A stretch of DNA of 64,000 nucleotides from the human T2T-CHM13v2.0 reference genome, Homo sapiens: the NCBI RefSeq assembly GCF_009914755.1, contig NC_060927.1; one strand, written 5' to 3'. The notes under the pieces were generated by a model, which was not told the origin of the DNA, searched no databases, and saw only the letters and a list, made by a program, of their open reading frames with translations. The position numbers and the translations under genes were made by a program. Positions 32,152 through 45,930 of this stretch are shown here, one piece after another; position 1 is the stretch's first letter, and each line of letters starts with the position of its first letter.

Positions 32152-33880
32152 TAACAGCGTGGTTTCAGTACAAGGATAGACAGATCAACTGAACAAAATA
32201 GAAAATCCCAACGCAGAAGTATGCTTGTATGTGGACATAGCATTTGACAAAACCTGCTTTGCAGATCAGAAGAAAGGATATTCTAATAAATTTTTAAGAC
32301 TATTGATTTTCTAGAAAGAAACAAAAATGGAACTTTATCTCTTACCATAAACACAAAATCAATTATACATGAATTAAAAACCAAAACATGAAAAACAAAA
32401 CTTTAAATCTTTTATTAGGAAAGTGTAGTTGAATATATTTATGAATTAGGGCTAGAGAGGAATTTCTTAACACACCAAAATAACACAAACTCAAAGGAAA
32501 AAAATGATAAATTTGACCGCGTTGAATTTGATAATTCTGGGCTTCAAAAGCATCACTAGAAAGATGAAAATGTAAGCAACATATCTGACAAATAATTAGT
32601 GTCCAGAACATAAAAAGAACTCTTACAAATCAACAACAACAAAATATATAGAAAAATAATGGGAGACAGAGAGGGAAAGAAGGAAAGTGAGAGGGAGAAC
32701 TAGAGGGAAGGAGAGAGGGGAAATGACAAGAATAGAAATTCTAAATAGAAAATAAGCATTTTAAAATGCTAACTTCGTTCATCGGGGATGTGTGAATTGA
32801 AAACCTCAATGAGATAGCACTTTATACCCATTAGACTGGCAGTAATTTAGAATTGCTATAGGTAATATAAAGTCTTACAGCCACTTTGGAGGACAATTTG
32901 ACAGTAAAAAGCAAACTTCTTAATATGAGTATTTCATAGCCCAGCAATTTGGTCACTGCCTAAGTGCCTCAAGAGAACCTATCCCACATGAACAAGTTTG
33001 TGGATGAAGCATTGTTTGTCATAGAAAGAATAGAATATATAAATTGTGGTTTAGTCATACAGTGGAATTCAGCACTTCTTAATTTTTAATTTCTGTGGGT
33101 ACATAGTAGGTGTATATATTTATGAGGTACATGAGATGTTTTGATACAGACATACAAGGTGAAACACGAACATCATGGAGAATGGGACATACCCTCAAGC
33201 ATTTATCATTTGAGTGACAAACAATCCAATCATATTGTTAAAGTTATTTGAAACTGTACAGTTAAGTTATTATCGACTATAGTCACCCTGCTGTGCTATC
33301 AAATAGTAGGTCTTACTTATTCTATTTTTTGTGCTCATTAACCATCCTCAACTCCCCACCACTGCCTCCCACTACACTTCCCAGCCTCTGGTAACCATCC
33401 TTCTACTCTCTATGAGTTCAATTGTTTTGATTCTTAGATCTCACAAATCAGCGAGAACATGTGATGCTTATCTTTCTGTGCCTGGTTTATTTAACTTAAA
33501 ATACAGCAGGTGAATGGATTTAATACTCACAGGTATCAAATTGGATAACTCTCAAAAATATATTATTGAACAAAGTTTCAGAATCATACAATAAGGTGTT
33601 TGTTTTAAAGTATGCAAAATTATTGTATTTTATTGATGCTATTTAGAAGTACTTACATACATAATTACATTTTTTAAATATTCATTGAATGGATAAACTC
33701 TAAATTCACAATTGTGGTTACTCTTATCCAGGGTACAGAGAGGGGAGATTTGATGTGGGGGGTACAAAGACAGCTTCTACTATAAATTTATTATTTTGTT
33801 GTCAAGCTGTGGTACACAGATGTTTGTTATATTATTCTTATACCTTTCTATATGCCTCAAATACCTTGTTACTTTTGTTT
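32152..33880 (+). mobile_element. Ancient L1M(E/C) ORF2-3' remnant (right part), itself interrupted by an L1MA
   Basis: Continues the 25780-25970 homology (tacaaggatagacagatcaactgaacaaaatagaaaat; aaaaagaactcttacaaatcaac; aatgagatagcactttatacccattagactggc) and ends in an L1ME-type 3' UTR. Confidence 0.75.
33075..33500 (-). mobile_element. L1MA1/2-like 3' end
   Basis: tgtgggtacatagtaggtgtatatatttatgaggtacatgagatg...cccagcctctggtaaccatccttctactctc. Confidence 0.85.
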
Positions 33881-35234
33881 AAGAACCTGGATAAGCTTGA
33901 TTCAGGTATTCTTCTGTTTGAAGCATAGGTTACTTAACCATAATTATTCATATTTTATATAAGAAGGAATTTCACATTTCTTGTTTTCTTTTGCCTTTTT
34001 AGTAGCATTATTTTAAGGAGACAAAGCTGAGACTTAGATTAAGTGTCTTTCCTGAGCCAACTTAATTGAATGACAGAACCAAGACTGAAACCAGCTGGTT
34101 GGCCCTCACATGACTTCCTCCAGCCCGGCTGCCACTCAGTGTCAGGGAAAAAATCGGTGCCATGGAGACGGTCTGAAATGGCTTGATTGAAGGGAGAAAG
34201 GGGCTCCAAATTGCTCCAAATAGCACTCTCCAGACAACGGCACAGAAAGCCTGTTTCCACAGCTGATGCTGAGGGTCAGTGGGATGAGATTGCATGCCGC
34301 CCAATCAAGCGACTGCAGAAATGCATTGATAAGGGGGCAGGAGCCTGATCAGCCTCCCTCTTTTCACATTTCAAGGCACTAATTGTAACTGTCCTTGCCA
34401 CTAGTGCAATGTTCCAAATCCCCACTCAGAGCATGATTAAAGATTGGTCTTTCTAGGTGTAAAATATTGTGTCTGTTGGACAATAGCATCCTATAAAAAC
34501 AAATTAGGCTATCTTGATAGTAATTCAGGTGCAAGACGTGAAATGAACCTGGCATTAGGCAGAAAGACACAATAATTGTTTTAAACTGGAATTAACTTAC
34601 GCACATCTGGAAAGCAGCCCTTTTTTCCAGCCCAAGCACTTTCCACAGGCAAACTGGCTTCCCTCACAGGCAGGTCCAGAACACAAAGAAATGGAAAACC
34701 ACCACCGTCATGGAAAACTATGAATGTGCGTCGGAAAGGCCTGTCCATTTTTGTTTGGCAAAGAAACATGCAAAAAAAATCAACTGATGATACACTAAAA
34801 TTCTTCTTTGCTGATACATTTTCACAACTATTAGGCTTGTGGAATTAGTCACTATAGTACATTCAGCTGGTTCAAATAAATTCCTGAAAGAAATTACCTA
34901 TTTGTTTATAAAGTACTTTATAATGAATTACTAACAAGCTTCAGTTCCATGCATACATGGTTTATTAACAAATTGAGTTCGTCCTTCATGAACACAGTCA
35001 ACATGGCTATACCCGACTGTCCTACCATATTGAATGAATGAATGCGTCAGCTTCATTGCCGATGAAGAAGTGCAGTCAAGCTGTGGCTCACTTTTCTTAT
35101 TTGATTTCTCTGAGTTTCTTTAGTCACCAACCTTCTATTGTGAGTAAAAATGAGTGTAGCCAGAATGTTTTACATTAAACACTATTTTTATTGAAAACTA
35201 AACTATTTCTTCATTGTTTCTAAATGTAATTGGA

Positions 35235-35885
35235 ATCTCAACCCACTCTATCACTTCAAATACAATCAATATGTTGGGCCTCTCCCTGAACTGCAGACTT
35301 GGTATCCAGCTGCTTCCTAGCATCTCCACTAAGATGTGCAATTGGTGTCTCAACCTTACTATTTCCAAAACAGATCTGCCCACTCTTACCCCAAAACTGC
35401 TTCTTTAGTGATCTTCACCCTAGTAGTAATGACAGCCTTAACCTTTCATTGCTTAGGCCAAACTTCAGAGCTACCCTAGACTCCTTTTTTCCCTCACATC
35501 ACAGCCACGTATCCTTATATCCAGTGTATCAGGAAATCCTCTCATATCTATTTTCAAAACACATCAAGAAAATGATCACATCTCAGCACATTCAACACTG
35601 TGACCCTGTTTTAATCCACCATAACCCCTGGCTGGGATTATTTTAGTCTCAAAACTTCTGTCTCTCCTTCTGTCTTGCTCCCCTTTAGTTTGTTCTCAAC
35701 ACAGCAAAGTGGTTATTAAAAAAAAAAAAAACTAAGACAGATCCAGAACTCCTCTGCTCACAATCCTTTAATAATTTTTCATCCCATTCAGCACACAAAC
35801 AGATCTGGACCCTCAATACCTACTTAACCTCATCTATTTCCGTTTGTCCTTTTGCCAGCATCCTTGAATAAATCCATGAATAAAG
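35235..35885 (+). mobile_element. L2 fragment
   Basis: ctctccctgaactgcagact...catctccactaagatgtgc...ttaggccaaacttcagagctaccctagactcc...ttctcaacacagca. Confidence 0.7.
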
Positions 35886-36289
35886 GAAGAAAGGAGTCAT
35901 GTGCTGTATTTTTGGGTCTCAAAGTCAGCATGGTCCTGTTGGAAGAGCACAGCTTCTGGTTTAAAATCTAGCTCAGTCACTTCATAGTTTATTTAGCCAA
36001 ATTATTTAATTTCTTGATTTCTTCATTTGTAAAATGGAAATAATGCATAAAATGATTATAAAATAAAATATATAGATTGCTTGCCATACATTTTGTGATC
36101 AACGGAGCTGCTTTTATTAGTGCCCGTTTTAATGAAAAAATTCTTGTTTATCATAGCATGGTTCTAAGGCATATATAGTGCAATAACTACTTGAAAATCT
36201 TTAAACAGCAGCAGGGAAACTGTTGAACATTTCACTCCTCATAAAGCTCTTGGGTTTTGGGATACAATACACTTTGTTAGTTCACTGAT

Positions 36290-37400
36290 TTCTTTATTCT
36301 TTATTGGAAAGCATTTATTGAACACATACTGTGTAGCAGGCACAGGAGATATGGTAGCGAATAAAATAGACAAAAACTCCTGGTCTCACAAAGCTTGAAT
36401 GTTAGTGCAAAGCAACAGAAAATAAATAAGATAAATGAGAAAAATACATAGTATTTGTAGATAAGTGCCAAGTGAAAAATACATAGCAAGCAAGGGGGAG
36501 ATAAAGAATTGGGGGGGAATTTTTGGATAGGGGAGTGAGGAATGACCACATCTTCTACCTCTCAGATCATTTCTGGGTCCCTTTGGTGACTCCTCTTCTC
36601 CTTCTTCCTGGATCTTAAACATCAGCAGCCCTCTTCTCCTGTTCCCTGAACTCTCAGTGGGTGATTTCAGGCTATACTTTGATGGCTTCATTTATTTCTT
36701 ATAAGTGATAAGCTCCCAAATCTTCACCTGACCAGGGCAGACTCCCACTCCCTTTGCTCCTGAATCTGTCTATATGGACATCAAAAGTCCATGTGTCTGG
36801 AATGAACTCCTTCCTCCACTCCCTTTGGCCAAGTCTCTTCCTGACTCTGCCCCATTAGTGGGACACCGTCATCCACAAGGCCTCTGAAGATTGATACCTC
36901 AGTGTACTTTGACTCCTCGCTCTGCCTCTCCAGCCTTGGAGAATCAGACATACAGCCTGTCAGACTCGTGTTCATAAAAATTCCTCAAATCCTTCTCCTC
37001 CTTTCATCATTTCTCATGTCCACTAACTCAATATGAAACTGCCCTCTAAAAACATTTTTCTCTCTTCTCCCCTCTCCAACCCCTCCTTCCATTCTGCAGC
37101 TAGATGGATTTCTTAAAAGTGGAGCTTTGATGATATCTCTCATCTATCCCAAGATCTCCTCCTTTGGCCCTTAACATAATTCCTAATCCTGGCAATAAAC
37201 ACCCTCTACAGTCTGACACGAATCTTTTTTTCCATCTTGATCTCACCAGTGCACACTCCTACCCACTGCTTAGACTCCTCCTGTTGTCGTCCCTGCTGCA
37301 TGTATCATTCATTCCAGCCTGAGCTTCTGCTCACAATTGCTCCCACTAGAAAAGCCCTCACCCCTGCCTTTAGTCTATCCAAAATCCACTCATCATTTTA
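36290..37400. mobile_element. Two L2 fragments back to back (minus 36290-36540, plus 36550-37400)
   Basis: gcatttattgaacacatactgtgtagcaggcac (antisense tail); ctcccaaatcttcacc...ccattctgcagctagatggatttctt (sense body). Confidence 0.6.
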
Positions 37401-37409
37401 GCCACTGAT

Positions 37410-38290
37410 CCTCAAGGTAAGGTGTATGCACTACAGGAACTGCACGAGATAATCCATTTAGGGGCAGAAGTAGATTAGAAAATTCTATTTTTGTTTATTT
37501 TTTTTACTGAGCTTTACGAATATGTAATATGCAAACTGATGCTGACATGAATACCAGTGTGTGAAATGCCTTTCTCAGGTGGCGTATCAGCCAGCAGGTA
37601 TTCTGAAGGTGAGAAGACGTTCCCCAGAACAATGAGTATTGGGCTACTCTCACCCCTTCATGGTTCCAGCACACTGTGGCAAATTTTACTCTAAAGTGCT
37701 GGTTAAGTGTTTTATGGATTATATTATCAGAAAAAATATTATTATACTGAGACGAGCAATAATCACAAACTCTTTTTGTCAGACAAAAGTTTGGTAAAAA
37801 GAGTTGGCAAACTTAAAGCTGAGTTGGCAGTTTTTTCTTTCAAGAAAGATAAGTGTTTCCAAATCTCTGGCCTTTTCTGTGAGGAAAAATGACTACTGGG
37901 ACCCTGCTACCCAGTACATATTTTAAGATATAAATACATGCCTTCAAAATAAGGTGATATTTGGATCATGGATGAAAAATTAACTGTTTTTTCAAAAAAA
38001 TTTTGTGATAAAGCATTTTAAGAAAGTAAGTGTAGAAATGCTTTCATTGTTAAGGTGTTATTACTGATATGATGTGTGTCACCTATTAAAATGCCCAAGC
38101 TATATGCTTAAATAACTTGGAATTAAATTTTCTAATCTGCTTAAAAATTTTCTTAAAAACTATTTTTCATTGTTTTTAAAATCTGTGTGTATGTGTGTAC
38201 ATAATATATATATATAGTATATATCTACCTATTTCTTTATGTATTTATATTGACAGTACACCCTAAAACCTTCTTAATGGTTTCCAAAAC
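37410..38290 (+). mobile_element. hAT-Charlie DNA transposon remnant with transposase fossil
   Basis: 37780-38010 translates as KRVGKLKAELAVF..KKDKCFQISGLFCEEK*LL..CY..., resembling Charlie/Buster transposase (KRVxELKxEL..F...D.F.D.xWL..xYLADIF..xN.SLQ). Boundaries uncertain. Confidence 0.55.
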
Positions 38291-38299
38291 CAACTGATT

Positions 38300-39345
38300 A
38301 ACATTCAGTGAAGCTACATATTCAGGGAAAGGAAACTAATATTTTTAAAAGACAGAAAAAACAGCTTTAGCATAACTAGTGGAAGAGATTTTAAAAAGAC
38401 TTAGTAAGTGTAGCTATCAATGCACTTTTTCCATTTGGAACTATGCAGATTTAAGCAAATATTCAATGGGGTATTATTGATAATAACACAAAAGGAGAAT
38501 TAACCTAAATATCCATCACTATGGAAATGGCAAAAAATATGGTCTATTCATATAATGTAATTGTATACAACTGCAAAAATGAGAAACCAGAGCTACATGC
38601 AATAATATAATTTTCAAAAACATTTTTGGGCAAAAAAAGAAGAAATAAGTTGCAGACGGATATATAAAGGTTGAGACTATTTGTCATTTTGGAACATATG
38701 AAACAATATCAAATCTTGAGTTTATTGTTTTAAATACATCCATATGTAATAAAAATAAAAACACACCTATGAAAGTGAGACACAGTGAATTTAGAAAATG
38801 ATTGCATTTGGAAGAGAGGAGGAAGAATGGGGTTTGGGGAGGCCATTGAAAGGATTTTAATGGTTATTTTTATGTTTGATTACTTACACTGGATGGTGGC
38901 TACATAGGTTTTTATTTTATTATCTTCTTGTGCACCTGAATTATTTCATAATAAAATATATTTTTCACTATTGAATATGTTTTTTTAAATCCCTTTGAAG
39001 AAATTACAACAATGGAAAACTCGTAGACTTATGTCCATGGCAAAAACATTCTGAGATGCTCTATTAATTTTAGAAAGCTGGCATGGAGTGACTGTGGATT
39101 TCTGAAAGTGTGTGCTGTGTTTTTCTACTCATTAAGGACACTTTCTCAGAGTGTTAAACATAAAATACTGAATGGCTGAACAACCTAGAGAGATATAATC
39201 TCTAGAATCTAAAAGCAGATAGAAATGTAGGGGTCAGAGGTGGAAGCAGGTCAGTACTGTATTCTCATCTTTAGACTTTAGGCATCTTTCCATATTCCTC
39301 CAACAATTTCTAGTATGAAAATATCTTTCTATGCATAAGAAAATC
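38300..39345 (+). mobile_element. Old L1ME/L1MC 3' fragments
   Basis: aacctaaatatccatc...tggtctattcatataatg...gagctacatgcaat...ctggatggtggctacataggttt. Confidence 0.6.
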
Positions 39346-40519
39346 AAACAAAAATGCATTAAGAAAGATAAAATAATTTATTCTCATTAAATTGTGTCAA
39401 GGATGATTTCAAATTAGATTTTTCCTAGAGACCCAAATAAAAATTAGGTAGAAAATTTACACGTCAAAGCCAAAATAATATTTACATGTATTTAACTTGA
39501 GGAAATATTTCTTAATTTATTTAATAGATGACTTCCATTTAAGAAACCAAGCTCTATAATACTAATAATGTATGTCTTAGAACTCAAACAAAGCAATAGT
39601 TAATAAAACAAAGCATTACCAACTTACCAGAGGTGGTCCAAGTTTAAAGGCTTATAACTGAATCTCCAACCAAATGATCAGGTTAAAAAAAAATTTTAAC
39701 ATAGATTTAAAGTATATTGAAGTAGCCAAGTTAGTCCCTTTTAAATAAAAGAGAAGAAGCAATTAAAGAAAGCTTTAGGATATGTTGTTAAGGAGAAGAT
39801 TTGTGGTCAGAAGAATCCAACTACAGGCTTGATTTGGCCAAGTCATTATAACTTTTTATAGCTTTACTTTACTCATTTGTGAAATGAAAATAAGATTACT
39901 TCGAGGATCTAGTGAAAGAAGAAAATATGTGACTTCATTATTATATACTAGTACTTGATTTTTTAAAAAAGCCAGCTTACTCTAAATGTCTAAAAGATTC
40001 CAATGTAAGAATTTCACAAGATCCCAACAAGAACTCATTGTAATTTTACAAACTGCTGCACTCATTTCCAAATTATTTAGGATAAAGATTGCAGAAGATT
40101 CACTTTCAATACATAAAAACTTTTAAAAAAAATTATTTTTGTGGTAAACAACAGTGCATTTCCATTAATGGCTCCCCTTTTCTTTTTTTAAAGTAAAATT
40201 ATGAAAGCATTGAATGTTTCAGGTTTAAGGAAATTATAAAAATGTGTTAATAATATGAGTCTTAAGATTGTACAAAACAATATCTTGAGCACTAGCTGTT
40301 GGGGGTTAGGAGGAGGGTAGTGGATATTTACTCTCTGTAAAGACAGACAGCAGGCCCTCAAGGCATTATCAGTCATGAAGAAAAAAAAAATATATATATA
40401 TATATGTATGTATGCATGTACGTGGAACTGAAAGCCCTTGGGATCCAGGGCCACCACGTATAGTCGTACAACTGGGGCACAGCACAACCCTCCATGGCAA
40501 AGTTCACAGAGACCATGAC

Positions 40520-40900
40520 AGGGTGAGTACAGAGTTATTCACTTGTATTGGGTTCCAGACACTATGCTATTGCCAGCATATAAATACCAGGAAGACACAA
40601 TCTCCCTCATCAAATAAAAAAAAAAAAAAAAAAACTCCCAGCTCAGTGGAGAAGGCAGAAACATAAACAGGTAAAATTATAACAAGGTGAGAATGCAAAG
40701 ACGGAGGTAGGCACAGAAGATAGAACCTGACACTGCATGGAGAAAGAGACTCAGCTAAGGATTTATGAGGAGGTGAAGCCTGAGTTGGACCCAAAAGTGT
40801 GAGTAGCAGCTAATGGAGAAAAGGCAGGACCGGAGCTTCCCGGGCAGATGAGCAGCAATGACTAAGGTACTGACAAGAAACGGCCTAGCGTATCCATAAA
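40520..40900 (-). mobile_element. L2 fragment
   Basis: ccagacactatgcta...gacacaatctccctc...cagtggagaaggcagaaacataaacaggtaaaattataac; contains an internal A-run at 40616-40633. Confidence 0.55.
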
Positions 40901-41299
40901 GCTGTGAGCAGTCTTGGGGGTACAGGACCCTACAAAGCAAGGTATTGGGGAACAAATATGTGACTGCTCAAAAAGCCAGATCTGACTTGTGTGAAGTCTA
41001 GCATTACACGCGCAGATATGACCATCTGCTTTGGAAGAGCCCAAATCTATAAAGTTCTGCCTTCCATATGTACCCTACAAGATTAAACTACAGCCTGATG
41101 ACCTGCATACAATCATTTTTGTCTTCTAGTGTGCATTCCATTAGACACATTTGTTCTACTGATTGCTTTCTTTGTCTCTGTTTACCTGTATTTCCCCGCA
41201 TCAAGTGCCACTGACAACTTTCAACTAATTCTCCATCCTAATGAATTAGAACTAGGGCCTCCTTATGTTTTAAAACATGCCATCAATCTACAACTTATT

Positions 41300-41660
41300 T
41301 TTTTCATCTAAAATAATATTTGTGTTTACGTAATTACAGAAATTATTACATCATACAGAAGTGATTTCATCATAATTTGGTTTACCAATTTGCTGTCATT
41401 AGACATTTTGGTTATTTCAATATTTACTACCATGGGTAATACTGAGATGACAAACCTTATATGAACTGTGATTTTAAACCCATGTGATGTAACGTCTGTA
41501 ATTTTCTAAGAATAAATTTATAGAAGTGTAAATGTCAAGTCAAAGAGAGCATATTAAAATAAAATCTTTTGAAAATATTGCCAACTTGCTTTCTGTAAAA
41601 GTTATTCCCATTTACTATCCTGTGAGGAGAGTGCCTGTTTCCCCACCTTCTTAGTTATTT
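41300..41660 (-). mobile_element. Old L1M antisense fragment
   Basis: agacattttggttatttc...tagaagtgtaaatg...tattgccaacttgctttc...gagagtgcctgtttcccc. Confidence 0.55.
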
Positions 41661-41899
41661 TCAGTCCATAATGCTGAGCTGAATCTACAAAGTGACCTCA
41701 TGTCTTCCTTGGACATGTATAGTCAGCATACAGAGATGGTTAATGGATAAATACTCTTATCCTGATCAGAAGAAATAAATGCAAGTATTGAACAGGTAAG
41801 CCAGTTGTAGAAATTCTACAGTAGCAAGCCAAGTAGTCAGAGGCAAAATCCTTCTACTGCTGTTTTTCCTGGATTACTATTTGTTCCATGCAAATAACA

Positions 41900-42135
41900 G
41901 GTATAATGTCTTTGGCTCACATTTTAAAATCAGAAGAAAAAATCTGGATTTATGGCTTCTTTAGAAATATTGGAACATCTGGAAACACTATGCACGAAAG
42001 GTACTACTGACTGGAGCTGAGAGGGGTTGCCCCTTTAGACAGGGAGTTACCTCCAGGTGATCATATGTTTCACCCAGGTGCCTTCACTCATTTGTATTAC
42101 CTGCCTGGCCATTGTCAGCATTTGAGTTCGACAGT
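41900..42135. mobile_element. MER102 (hAT-Charlie) fragment
   Basis: aatctggatttatggcttct...ctggagctgagaggggttgcccctttagacaggg...ttacctgcctggccattgtcagcatttgagtt. Confidence 0.7.
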
Positions 42136-43107
42136 TTGAATACTCCAAGTACTGCTTCTTCGCTGGAATAACAGTAAAATTATACTGGAGCAGAATTGTA
42201 ACACAAATTTATATATAGTGAAAATCAAACCTTAACCTCTGAAATATAACAGTATGTTGTGCCCCTGAGTTGGTGAGTCATATCCAGTTCTACATTATAA
42301 AGATATTTTACCATAATATGTTTACATATATCTATACATAATTCATGTGTGAAATACGCATAGCCAAAAATAATATAATTGCTAGTCTATTATTAGAAAT
42401 ATGTGCAACAATAGATTGCAAATATTAAAATACAAGGATTTTGTTCACATGTACTTTCCAATTTAATTCAACCTCAAACTGCAATAAGCTTACTTGGAAA
42501 AATAATAGCCAATTAAAAATTTTAAATATCTAGCCTGTGATCAGAGGACAAAAATATATTCATTTCATTAAGTTCAAAAGTGTAATTAGACATATATCTG
42601 TGCATGGTGTCAGAATTCTGCAGGCAGTTAGTTATGCAAGACCAAATAGAAATTAAAGCCTGTGAAATAGGTGTTATGAAGTTTTTTCAATTGCAACAAA
42701 AATACAGTCATGCAGAATAAAGATGGCAAAGCCCTCAGGAGAAAATGGAACAAATGATAGAGTATAAACACATACCTTTGTCAGAAGAAATGGGCCTAAG
42801 GTTGTATTTTAGTAAATCTTAGTTAAACATATCAAGAGGATTTATGCTAAGGTTTGCAAGTAATAGAGTTCTTGTAAAGCATAGGGCGTGTGTCTCAAGA
42901 TGTCCTATATAAAGTGATTTACATGACAAGTAAGAAAGAGAAGGTTTCCAAGGTTTGTTTTATTTAAATGACTTGCAAGATAAAAATAAATGCTTTCTTC
43001 ACCAAGGCATCTATTGCTCTATGAATATGCATGTACAGTAGCAATAGATTAGATGAATAAAGAATTTAGAAGCCTGTCTACTGTGGTTAACATAAAACAG
43101 CACTGTG

Positions 43108-43431
<324 letters not shown>

Positions 43432-43459
43432 TCAGTTTTCTATATCTTAATACCCACTT

Positions 43460-43960
43460 TAGTTTTTATTTATCAAAGAGAATTTCAAACATACGCAAAA
43501 ATAGGCCGAGTAATAAAGGAACTTCCATATACCCATTATCTGGCCTCAACAACTATCACATATTGGCCAGTACTCCTATATCCATACTCTCAACCACCTT
43601 CACCCCTTCTGTATTAACTTGAAGCAAATCTCAGATATCATAATATTTCATCCATACATGTTACAGAATGTATCCCTAAAAAATAAAATAAAATCTATTT
43701 TTCTTAAACATAACCATACTCCCATTATCACACTGGAAAAAACTAATTTCTCAATATTTTCAGATATCCTGTTAGTGTTCAAACTTCCAGTTGTCTTATA
43801 AATGTTATAGTTTTAATAGCTTGTTTTTAAAAATCAAGTTTCAAATAAGGTACATTATAATTGTTACTTTTTCATTTATGTTGCATTAATGGGATAGATT
43901 CCTCCTCCATCATCTTTTCTTTTTCTTGAAGTTTATTTCTTAAAGAATATTGGGTTTTAA
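43460..43960 (-). mobile_element. L1MC4/5-like 3' end
   Basis: gaatttcaaacatacgcaaaaatag...ttgaagcaaatctcagatatcataatatttcatcc. Confidence 0.7.
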
Positions 43961-44084
43961 ATTATTTAAACCGATTGGAAATAAAGTTCAAAGTAGGTTT
44001 TTGTCTTTTAAAAAGTAAGTATCTGATTAAAATAGGGAAAGAGGAATCGATGTCTGATAGTGTATGTCTGTAAATGTGTATATA

Positions 44085-44225
44085 AGTGTGTGCGTGTGTG
44101 TGTGTGATATAGTATCACTTTTAGGAACATTTAGCAACAGTGTGATTACTCGTTCATGCATGCATTCATTTATTTACGCATCCATCCATCTATCCATCCC
44201 GTCATCCACCCATCCATTCACTAAC
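44085..44225. repeat. (TG)n and (TCCA)n/(TTCA)n microsatellites
   Basis: gtgtgtgcgtgtgtgtgtgtg at ~44087-44106; catccatccatctatccatccc...catccattca at ~44180-44220 (probably an L2 tail). Confidence 0.75.
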
Positions 44226-45349
44226 ACTTTGAGAACTCTACTTGCCAGTAATCCTCCAACCAGTAGGGCCTACCAAGTAAAATAAGACACTGATCTCTGC
44301 CCTCTAGTTGCTTGCGCACTTAGGAGTCAGATCTAGAAACAAACACAATGTAACACACACTCCAATTATTCCTACAGCTCAATCACACAGGAAAGAAAGA
44401 ATTGCCTCCTCAAATTCAGAACTGCATTTCTGAATCAGCTTAATTGCTGAATCCCCCAATAATCTGAGTCAACACAGGCATTCTAGGCCTTGGTGATTAT
44501 TTCCAGCCCCCACTCAGCATTTCCTGATGCAGAAATATCAGCATCCTCTTATTACAAAACTTTTGATTCCTGAAGGCACAGATCCTGGTCTCAGTGTGCA
44601 CCTGCATACATGATCACCCTCATCAATTAACTCTTATGTTCGTCAAGGATTCATTGAAATCCGGTTCACTATGCACCACGTAGAAATGTCCAGCTGCCAC
44701 ATGAGGTGGGCATGGGTTGGCATGTACTTGTCCATGCTCTTGGCAGATATTCTGCCATCCTCTTAGGACAAAAGACTGGTTTCACAGTGAGTGCTTATTT
44801 CTTCATTAAAAAATGAAAAGTCTCTTCTCTCTCCCTTGGTCTATCCTAGAACTGTGTGTAATCCTTTTCTACAGCTCACACCTAATTTTGATGCATTCTT
44901 ATCAAGCCAAGAATGCCTTGTAGCCAAGTCCCCTCTCAAACTTGCTCAGACTTCATCTTGCCCAGATTCCTGTATTGCTCCAATCAAGGGAATCTGCAGT
45001 CAGTGAAAATTCTTTCTTCAGCCTCTGCTTAAACATTCAAACCTATCTCAGTAGATCCAAAGACCTGCAGCATTGTCCTCCAGAAGCCCTATAAATTGCT
45101 GCCTTCCTTGAGCATTTTACCCCATAGACATATAAGCCAGGCTTCTGTAAGGGATAGTAGGAGTCTGGAATAAGCCTCCGAAACACGTGATGTTAGGGAT
45201 TGTGTAAATAAGAGACTACTGTGCCCAAGAAAATTGTTAAGTCTCAGATGACCCAAAGAGGAAAGGGCAGATGTGAGCAGTGAAGAGACGTGCAGAATCC
45301 AGGGAAGCTCAGTAAGCTCATTAGCCATTCTGCACAGAGCTATTCCTCC

Positions 45350-45930
45350 TTTCACAGTCTGTATCAATTACAACTCCTGCATGCCCCTCCTTCAGAGCAT
45401 TTCCAGAATCTGAGCACTCCTCATGACCCCTACTGTACACCCCACCCCTAGCCACCATCATATCTCCTGTAGATGAGTGACATGGCCTCCTGGCTGGTCT
45501 CCCTGCTTCCATACCAGAAACCTTCCCACCTCCAGGCCTTTGCATGTGCAGTTTCTTTTCTCTACTGGGAAGTTCTTCCCCTTGGAACTTCCCAAGGAAA
45601 TTGCATCCTCGGTGTTCACTCCCCATCTTCTTCAGGTGCATGTTCAAATGTCACATTATTAGTGAAACTTTCCCTGACCCCCTACTTAAAATTATAACAC
45701 GCATACAGTAATACCAGTTGTTCCAATGCCATTTCCTTAGTTTATTTTTCTCCAATTTCTAATACACGATATTTCTCATTTGTTTCTCATTCCCTCACTA
45801 GAATGTGAGTTGTACAAGGACAAAGATTTTGTCGATTTTGTTCACTGCTGTACCTTTAGTGCCTAAAACAGAACCTAGCACATATGTGTTTCATAAATAT
45901 TTGCTGAATGAATGAATGAATGAGTGAATT
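45350..45930 (+). mobile_element. L2 (L2a-like) 3' end
   Basis: ggcctttgcatgtgcagtt...ctagaatgtgagttg...ttgttcactgctgtacc...aaatatttgctgaatgaatgaatgaatga tail. Confidence 0.85.
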
